From: a virus
Length of the DNA: 64,000 nt
Direction: 5' to 3' (one strand)
Virus record (IMG/VR): IMGVR_UViG_3300031088_000737
Coordinates: 64,001-128,000 of that record
A program made the translations under genes and the position numbers. The notes under the pieces were generated by a model. It searched no databases. It was not told the DNA's origin and saw only the letters and a program-made list of their open reading frames with translations. Positions 57,545 through 64,000 of this stretch are shown here, piece by piece (positions within the stretch are counted from its first letter, which is position 1; every line of letters begins with the position of its first letter).

Positions 57545-59821
57545 TTACTCAGTTGTTGCTGCTTTGGTTCTTGAACGGCGTGTGGTGGTTTTCTTAGCCA
57601 CTTCACAGCCGATGACAAATTCAACTTTGCCATCTTTCATCACTGCTTGAATAACTGAATTTTCAGGCAATTGAGTGAATGTTACAAGCTTGGCAAGTGG
57701 CAGAGCAATAAGCTCTTTCACAATACGAGCCACTGGACGGGCACCCATTGCTGGTTCATAACCCTTCACTGACAATTCATCCAATACTGCAGTTTCAATT
57801 TCAAGTGTAAAGCCTTTCTTTGCCGCTTCCGCATAGATTGGAGCAAGGTTTTTGTTAACGATGTTCAAGATCATGTCTTTATCAATCGCTTTAAACTCGA
57901 CCATACCATCAAGACGGTTACGGAACTCAGGAGCAAAGATTTTATTCACTTGTTCCCAGTTTACCAAGCTGCTAACCGCTTCTTTGTTTTGTACAAAACC
58001 GATACCGTTTTTCTCTTGTGAAGACAACTTGATACCTGCGTTTGAAGTCATGATAATCAGCGTATTACGGAAGTCAATCTTACGACCTTCTGAGTCCGTC
58101 ATGAAGCCATAATCAAGCACTTGCAAGAAAGCGTTGAACACATCAGGGTTAGCCTTTTCAAATTCATCCAAAAGGATAACAGAGTAAGGGTTTTTGTTAA
58201 CTTGCTCAGTAAGCAAACCACCTTTACCATGACCGATATAACCAGCCGGGGCACCAATCAACTTAGAAACAGTGTGAGCTTCCATGTATTCTGACATGTC
58301 AAAACGTAGCAAGCTCATGTTCATTTCTTTCGCCAGTTGTTTAGCCAACTCAGTTTTACCAACACCAGTAGGGCCGATGAACAAGTAAGAACCGATAGGT
58401 TTATCAACAGAGCCAAAACCACTTTTGTTCAATACGATAGCATCAACAATCTTTTCAACAGCACCATCTTGACCGAAAATTTGTTTCTTAATGTTGGTAT
58501 CAAGATTTTTCAATTGTTCGCTCAATACACCTTCAACTTCTTTCACCGGCTGTTTAGCCATTTTAGAGATAACTTCTTCTACAAGAGCAACAGTTACCAC
58601 TTTTTCAGTCATACGAAGTTTTGCATATGCACCTGTTTCATCAAGCACGTCAATCGCTTTGTCAGGGAATTTCTTGTTGTGCAAGAAACGAGCTGATAGG
58701 TTCACAATACTCGCAATGGCTGCATCATCATACGTCACACCATGACCTTTTTCGTATTGACCTTTAACTTGCTTCAACACATGCAAGGTAGCTTCTGGTG
58801 AAAGTTCATCCAAATCAACCTTGTTGAAACGGCGAGAAAGAGCTGAGTTTTTCTCAAAAACCTGACGATATTCCTCAGTGGTTGTAGCACCGATGCAGCG
58901 AATTTTACCAGAAGACAAGTAAGGCTTCAATGTGTTACCAATGTCCATACCACCTTCTGACTTACCAGAGCTGATAATGCTATGGATTTCGTCAATGAAA
59001 AGAATAGTGTTGTTGTTAGAAACAGCATCAATAATCTTTTTAACACGATCTTCCAAATCACCACGGAATTTTGTACCCGCAACCATACCGTTCACATCAA
59101 GAGAAAGCACTTTAAAACCTTTCAACGAGTCGTGAATGTTACCAGCCGCAATTTTTTGAGCCAAACCTTCAACCACAGCAGTTTTACCAACACCTGCATC
59201 ACCAACGATGATTGGGTTGTTTTTCTTACGGCGTGAAAGAATTTCTTCAATACGATCAACTTCTTCGACACGACCGATCATTGGTTCAAGTTTACCTTGT
59301 GCCGCTTGTTCAGTAAGGTCAGTCACAAAAGAACGAATCAATTGACTAACGTTGGTGTTGGTACCATGACGATCTTCTTCCATAACCGCTTTGCTACGTT
59401 GGTTATCGTATTCTACCAGTTGTTCAATGTTAACGTTGCTCTTAGTCAAAGCTTCTTGGGCTGGCAAGTGTGATGTTTCAAGAATAGTAATCAACAAGTC
59501 GATTTCATCAAGTTCATTACGACCACTACTCAAAATTTTCATAATGGTACGTTGCATTGCTTTTTCCATTGTCGCAGAATGCTTAAGTTCTTTACTTAGT
59601 GTGCGAGGTTTGTTAGTATCAACAGTTGCCTTCAAGTTGCTTTTGAGTTCATGTACGTTGATTTTGTTGTTATTAAGGATATTTCGGAATTCTGTACTTA
59701 AGTCAACCATTTTAAGTATGAGATATTCAGGAGACAGGAGGCCGTTATTCTCTTCGAATACTTGACCACGGATTGCTTCAAAAATTTTAATTAGGCTTTC
59801 GGACATATTAGCATTGCTCAT
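57545..59821 (-). CDS. clpA: ATP-dependent Clp protease ATP-binding subunit ClpA
   Basis: N-domain; AAA1 [21 protein letters not shown]; AAA2 [35 protein letters not shown]. Lacks the ClpB middle coiled coil. Confidence 0.93.
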   Translation of the reverse strand: MSNANMSESLIKIFEAIRGQVFEENNGLLSPEYLILKMVDLSTEFRNILNNNKINVHELKSNLKATVDTNKPRTLSKELKHSATMEKAMQRTIMKILSSGRNELDEIDLLITILETSHLPAQEALTKSNVNIEQLVEYDNQRSKAVMEEDRHGTNTNVSQLIRSFVTDLTEQAAQGKLEPMIGRVEEVDRIEEILSRRKKNNPIIVGDAGVGKTAVVEGLAQKIAAGNIHDSLKGFKVLSLDVNGMVAGTKFRGDLEDRVKKIIDAVSNNNTILFIDEIHSIISSGKSEGGMDIGNTLKPYLSSGKIRCIGATTTEEYRQVFEKNSALSRRFNKVDLDELSPEATLHVLKQVKGQYEKGHGVTYDDAAIASIVNLSARFLHNKKFPDKAIDVLDETGAYAKLRMTEKVVTVALVEEVISKMAKQPVKEVEGVLSEQLKNLDTNIKKQIFGQDGAVEKIVDAIVLNKSGFGSVDKPIGSYLFIGPTGVGKTELAKQLAKEMNMSLLRFDMSEYMEAHTVSKLIGAPAGYIGHGKGGLLTEQVNKNPYSVILLDEFEKANPDVFNAFLQVLDYGFMTDSEGRKIDFRNTLIIMTSNAGIKLSSQEKNGIGFVQNKEAVSSLVNWEQVNKIFAPEFRNRLDGMVEFKAIDKDMILNIVNKNLAPIYAEAAKKGFTLEIETAVLDELSVKGYEPAMGARPVARIVKELIALPLAKLVTFTQLPENSVIQAVMKDGKVEFVIGCEVAKKTTTRRSRTKAATTE

Positions 59822-60069
59822 AGAATCTCCTTTTGTTTTCAATTCTTTCCGCTATTATATGATAGAAAAATCACATATGTCAATCTTTTTTTTCAATTCA
59901 TTTTATATCATTCCATGCTATATATAGAAGAAGAAAAATATGAACTAGACAGATCCTCTTCTTTTTCCCTTTTATAAAATATTTTTAAAAATTAAGTATT
60001 AAAGTATTGTCTTAGTTTAACTGTTGTGTTAGAATAGCCTCACTAAATTAGAAATCAGGAGTAATTAGT

Positions 60070-60456
60070 ATGAACACAGAAAATAACAACATCGACATCG
60101 AAGAACTTGAAGACACCATTGCTGAATTTGAAGCTGGCATTAAAGATGAACGTGGTCCAACCCGTAGACAACTGGCTAAAATTGAATCTGATTACTCAGA
60201 TGTGTTAAAAGGTGATGTTGATAACATTGATGATGAAAGTGAAATGAGTGCAGAAGATAAAGCTCTCATGAAACGAATTTCAAAATACATTGAAAACGTA
60301 AGACTGGGTAATCGTATCACATCATCTGAATACGTGCATGTTCGTAAATCACGCGAGGATGATGAAGACGATGGTGAAGTAAAAGAGCTTGACTGCAACT
60401 TTGATCGTAATGCAGGTCGCCATTTGTCAAGAATGGATCGTATGTTCGATGAGTAA
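60070..60456 (+). CDS. Small acidic hypothetical protein
   Basis: AGGAG RBS; about 28% Asp+Glu; terminator downstream. Confidence 0.75.
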   Translation: MNTENNNIDIEELEDTIAEFEAGIKDERGPTRRQLAKIESDYSDVLKGDVDNIDDESEMSAEDKALMKRISKYIENVRLGNRITSSEYVHVRKSREDDEDDGEVKELDCNFDRNAGRHLSRMDRMFDE

Positions 60457-60495
60457 ATATTCCTGAAATTTTAAAGAGGCTTCGGCCTCTTTTTT

Positions 60496-61233
60496 TTATC
60501 TTTCAATTTTGTAAACGTCAAGTTCAGCATTTGTTAACGTTTCAAATTTTTTGTTATGCTTGTCAATGTAATCCGTTAAACCTTTGATATCATACAAATG
60601 ATTATTATAGTTGAGCACATCCATCTGTATTGGTGTTTTATGATATCCTAAATTGATTTGATTGGGTTTATTTATTTTGAAAATTTCTACCAAATTATCA
60701 ATGATTTTTTGAGGATCTTCAATCGAATCTGATATTCTTTTTGTAATCACTCTGTTAGTGGTTATATAATGTTTGTATTCTTCTGGTATGGTTAATGGCT
60801 TGTTGTGGTAGTGCCATTCTTGACAAATTTCGTCAACAGTAAAAAATACAGTGAGTATGATTCTAGCAATAGCAAACATTAATATAGCAAAATTGAGAAC
60901 AAACATTATTCCAGTTACATGATACATAGAGAAAGCCACTGTAAAATATACACCAAATTCAACAACCTTTAAAATGTTAAATCCTAAAATTTCAGTCATC
61001 GCTGCTTTTAATTTTTCAGGATAAACTGAAATCACTCGGTGTCTTAATGAAATATGAAGATCATGCAGTCTAAATAAGACATCAATTCCGTAAAAACCAC
61101 ACAAAACCCATACAAATAAATTAATCTTTTCTCCATCTATACAAGAAATTGCAGCCAAAAATAAAGCTCCACTGATGATGGTATTGTATATATATTTGTT
61201 GTTAAAGTATAACATGCTTGTTTCTTTCGTCAT
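60496..61233 (-). CDS. Four-TM membrane protein, distant family E
   Basis: Same layout as 47271/48025 (TM block plus soluble domain); ends TLTNAELDVYKIER. Confidence 0.72.
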   Translation of the reverse strand: MTKETSMLYFNNKYIYNTIISGALFLAAISCIDGEKINLFVWVLCGFYGIDVLFRLHDLHISLRHRVISVYPEKLKAAMTEILGFNILKVVEFGVYFTVAFSMYHVTGIMFVLNFAILMFAIARIILTVFFTVDEICQEWHYHNKPLTIPEEYKHYITTNRVITKRISDSIEDPQKIIDNLVEIFKINKPNQINLGYHKTPIQMDVLNYNNHLYDIKGLTDYIDKHNKKFETLTNAELDVYKIER

Positions 61234-61327
61234 TAGGAAGACTCCTTTAATAATCATTTATTGTAGCCTTCCTAATTTAAAAGTCAAAAAAAGCCTACGA
61301 ATAGGCTTTTGTTTTATTTTACATGTA

Positions 61328-61621
61328 TTAATCAACTTCTTTTTTGATAACTTCACCTGTTGCAGCGTTGATTTTAACATTGAAGTCTGCTTTGTTAGCG
61401 TCTACTAAATCGACATCATAAACATAAATACCGTTATCAAGATCGAGTTCAGTTGATTCTACAGTTGTACCGGGATATTGTTTGATGGCAATATCATTGA
61501 GTTCTTTAACATCTTTGATGGTTCCACTTTCTCGTAGTTTTATCGCTTCTGAATCGCTGACATCTGCAAATGCTACACCTGAAACCATGATTGCTGCTAA
61601 CGCTAGTATGATCTTTTTCAT
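61328..61621 (-). CDS. PepSY domain exported protein
   Basis: Signal peptide (AFA); ...YPG..VE..ELD.D.G.YVYDV.L.D.......V.INA.TGEVIK. Confidence 0.88.
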   Translation of the reverse strand: MKKIILALAAIMVSGVAFADVSDSEAIKLRESGTIKDVKELNDIAIKQYPGTTVESTELDLDNGIYVYDVDLVDANKADFNVKINAATGEVIKKEVD

Positions 61622-61823
61622 AGGATATCCTCCGGTTAATTGTTATATATCATACATGAAAAAACACAAAAATCAAGTTTTTGGATGGAATTTAACAATA
61701 TGGTTAAGGTTTGATATTATGTTTTTAGATAGTTTACAGGATAACATCATTAAAAAATAATTCGCTTTCTTTTTATCTTCTGTATGCTATGATGAAAATA
61801 AAGTCAACTATATTTTAAAACTC

Positions 61824-62033
61824 ATGCATACGATACATATAGAAAAAAGTTTACAGCAGCAACACATTTGCGAAAAATTCCTCAATTCGGTTAGCCACAA
61901 TCATCCAGAACTTCAACTTGCTTACTCTTATGAACAATCCACAGACCTTTCAGTGGTCTTTGAAATCAACTTCTCTTTGGAACATCCAGCTTTGGCAGAA
62001 GAGTTAGTTAAAAAACTATACGGCATAAATTGA
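61824..62033 (+). CDS. Small hypothetical protein
   Basis: 69-aa ORF; weak RBS. Confidence 0.5.
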   Translation: MHTIHIEKSLQQQHICEKFLNSVSHNHPELQLAYSYEQSTDLSVVFEINFSLEHPALAEELVKKLYGIN

Positions 62034-62083
62034 CTTTTATTCTTTATAAATTAAACTAATAAAATATATTTCAGGAGAATTTT

Positions 62084-63151
62084 ATGAGAAAAACAATTTT
62101 GGCACTCGCTATATTGAGTGGCATCTCTTTACAAGCGAATGCTCAATTGTCTGGTGATGATTTAATGGATATTACAGATATTCTTAATGATACACCTACC
62201 GCAACTGCAAAAACACCAGAAAAAACAAAACCTGTTGAACAGAAAAAAGCGGAGCCTGTCAAAGCAGAAAAGAAAACCACTACACCTGTAGTCGAAACAA
62301 AAACTTCAAAACCAGAAACAACTGCAGTGACAGATAAAGATGTAAAACCTGCTGATGTCCCTGTTGTTGAAAAGTCCAAAACTAAACCAACACTTGTCGT
62401 TCCTGTTTCTGCTACTAATTTTGTCTTGAATGTTAAACGATTAAACAAAAGTATCATCACTAAAACATTGAGTAAAGATGAAATTGGATTAGGTTTAATG
62501 ACTGATGTCGCTAATGACCATAAAACAGATAAAGAGGTTGTCGAGTTTATTGATGAAGCAAACAAAAATAAACTGGTTAGTTTTTCAAACTTTGTTGAAG
62601 AACCTAGTGTTTATGTAGGTAGTAAGACGACTGTTGATAAAGAAACAGGAAAAGCAACAGTTAAAGAAGAATTGGGTACGTTAGTCTATGGTTATGGATA
62701 TATTGTTCAAATCAAAGAATATGATAAGAAAAATAATAGAGTTTCTATTCGTTTAGATTACACTAACAAAGCAATTTCTTCTTATGAAGAACATGAGGTT
62801 GTTACTACCGAAGGTGTTTTAACTAAAGTGAAGATCCCTGTTATAAAAACATCTGTTACATCTAACGTATTCTGGATTAAACTCGAAACAGATTCCAAAC
62901 AATCTATAAAAGTAGATGACAAACATTATTTAGATATTACAATGGGTCGTGTGTTACCTTATGTTAAACCTGTTATTGCTGTTGACTTCAAAAAGATGGC
63001 GGCAGATGAAAAAGCAGCTAAGGAAGCAGAAATTAAAGCAAAACAAGATAAGATAAAAGCGGATGCGGCTGCAAAAGAAGCTGCAAAGTTAGAAGCCATT
63101 AAAGCAGAAAACAGTTTATATGATGATTTAGAAAAAGATTTGAAAAAATAA
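62084..63151 (+). CDS. Exported protein with P/T/K-rich linker and beta-rich domain (possibly distant secretin-like)
   Basis: Signal peptide (QANA), low-complexity linker, alternating beta-strand pattern, A/K/E-rich tail. Confidence 0.7.
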   Translation: MRKTILALAILSGISLQANAQLSGDDLMDITDILNDTPTATAKTPEKTKPVEQKKAEPVKAEKKTTTPVVETKTSKPETTAVTDKDVKPADVPVVEKSKTKPTLVVPVSATNFVLNVKRLNKSIITKTLSKDEIGLGLMTDVANDHKTDKEVVEFIDEANKNKLVSFSNFVEEPSVYVGSKTTVDKETGKATVKEELGTLVYGYGYIVQIKEYDKKNNRVSIRLDYTNKAISSYEEHEVVTTEGVLTKVKIPVIKTSVTSNVFWIKLETDSKQSIKVDDKHYLDITMGRVLPYVKPVIAVDFKKMAADEKAAKEAEIKAKQDKIKADAAAKEAAKLEAIKAENSLYDDLEKDLKK

Positions 63152-63220
63152 AATAATCGATAATAGAAAAATAAGCCTGATGGCTTATTTTTTTTGTCTT
63201 AAAATTAATATTTTCTATTT

Positions 63221-63931
63221 TTAGTAAGTGAATTTTAGTTGAAAATTAAGGCCACTGGTTTTCAATCCAGCATCTTTATTAGCTGAGTAATCATCAGCAA
63301 AAGATAAGTTTGATAATGCATAAGTAGCAATAAAACTTAAGTTATCAACCTTTGTAATATTGTTTTTATAATAAAGTCCCGACTCTTGTATTTTCTCAGT
63401 TGCCAATTGTGACTCTTTGGTATACAAACCAACATATTCATTTTTATCCAAGCTATAAAACATATCTAAATAGGTTAATGGGATAGTAGAATTAAGTGAT
63501 TCAGATCCTAATTGAGCTGTTTCAATTTCTCCAACATACTGTCTAAGACCACCACCTAAATTGACACCAAAATTGTAATTATCTGCAAATAAAGTGTAAT
63601 AACTGACTGCATCACCATATTGAAGGTTAACATCAACAAAGTTAGCTTGGTTATTGATGTAGTTTGCGTTAACTTCACCGTAATTAGTTGAATAGGCATT
63701 ACTGGTGTATTCTAATTTCAAATTAGGCATACCAACTTTTGTTTTGAGATCAAGGTAGAATGATTGAGCAATGGTGTTGTAACTTAATTTTGAATTACTG
63801 GTACCTTGTGCAGTGACATTACTTAAATTGGTTGCAGCCCCACCTTCCACTTGAATGGAATCATCAGCCATTGCGACCGTTGACAATAATCCAGCTATCG
63901 CTGCTGGTAATATTAATTTTAGGCTAAACAT
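63221..63931 (-). CDS. Outer-membrane beta-barrel protein
   Basis: Signal peptide (AMA), amphipathic beta strands, C-terminal beta-signal FQLKFTY. Confidence 0.75.
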   Translation of the reverse strand: MFSLKLILPAAIAGLLSTVAMADDSIQVEGGAATNLSNVTAQGTSNSKLSYNTIAQSFYLDLKTKVGMPNLKLEYTSNAYSTNYGEVNANYINNQANFVDVNLQYGDAVSYYTLFADNYNFGVNLGGGLRQYVGEIETAQLGSESLNSTIPLTYLDMFYSLDKNEYVGLYTKESQLATEKIQESGLYYKNNITKVDNLSFIATYALSNLSFADDYSANKDAGLKTSGLNFQLKFTY

Positions 63932-64000
63932 GGTTTACTCTTTTTATTTGTTTTTACATAGTAGACCAAAAAAAGTTATAAATCAACGTTATATGTCGTT

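Noticed and set aside
57852-59765. Several plus-strand ORFs antisense to clpA (and similar ones opposite ileS, the RTX gene and others)
   Set aside because: Shadow ORFs of real genes; no RBS or family motifs.
61482-61760. Plus-strand 92-aa ORF
   Set aside because: Mostly antisense to the PepSY gene and extends into promoter DNA.
1-64000. Alternative genetic code or suppressor tRNAs
   Set aside because: Long genes read through intact with code 11 and use TAA/TAG/TGA stops; no tRNA has a CUA, UUA or UCA anticodon.
1-64000. Integrase, transposase, IS ends, rRNA, capsid or Rep genes
   Set aside because: No supporting motifs found in any ORF or intergenic region.

Overview
AT-rich (about 30% GC, judged by eye) window with gammaproteobacterial regulatory signals: sigma70 promoters and intrinsic terminators around most genes, a GacA/UvrY-type box, and ribosome-mediated attenuators. 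There is no chromosome-like synteny: ileS, clpA and mutM stand alone among ORFans and expanded paralog families. A large extrachromosomal element (jumbo phage or megaplasmid) is inferred, but no capsid, Rep or integrase gene is visible here. Main content: (1) two lipoproteins plus a 2309-aa lipase-RTX protein. (2) A minus-strand array of 11 tRNAs that are all tRNA-Leu (UAG x2, UAA x3, CAA x3, CAG x1, AAG x2). It is interleaved with non-canonical tRNA-like RNAs (one circularly permuted, one acceptor-swapped tRNA dimer) and preceded by a Leu-rich leader peptide/attenuator that uses all six Leu codons. (3) A CsrB/Rsm-like GGA-repeat sRNA with a perfect GacA-type box. (4) ileS with an Ile-codon attenuator. 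(5) About 18 proteins from several apparently unrelated families that share a C-terminal E-M-x-x-I tag. (6) Repair and nucleotide-metabolism genes (MutM, Ogt, dCMP deaminase, MazG-like, NDT, Pnkp-like with a degenerate ligase, nucleotidyltransferase), ClpA, and membrane/secreted proteins. All product calls come from motif recognition; no database searches were run.
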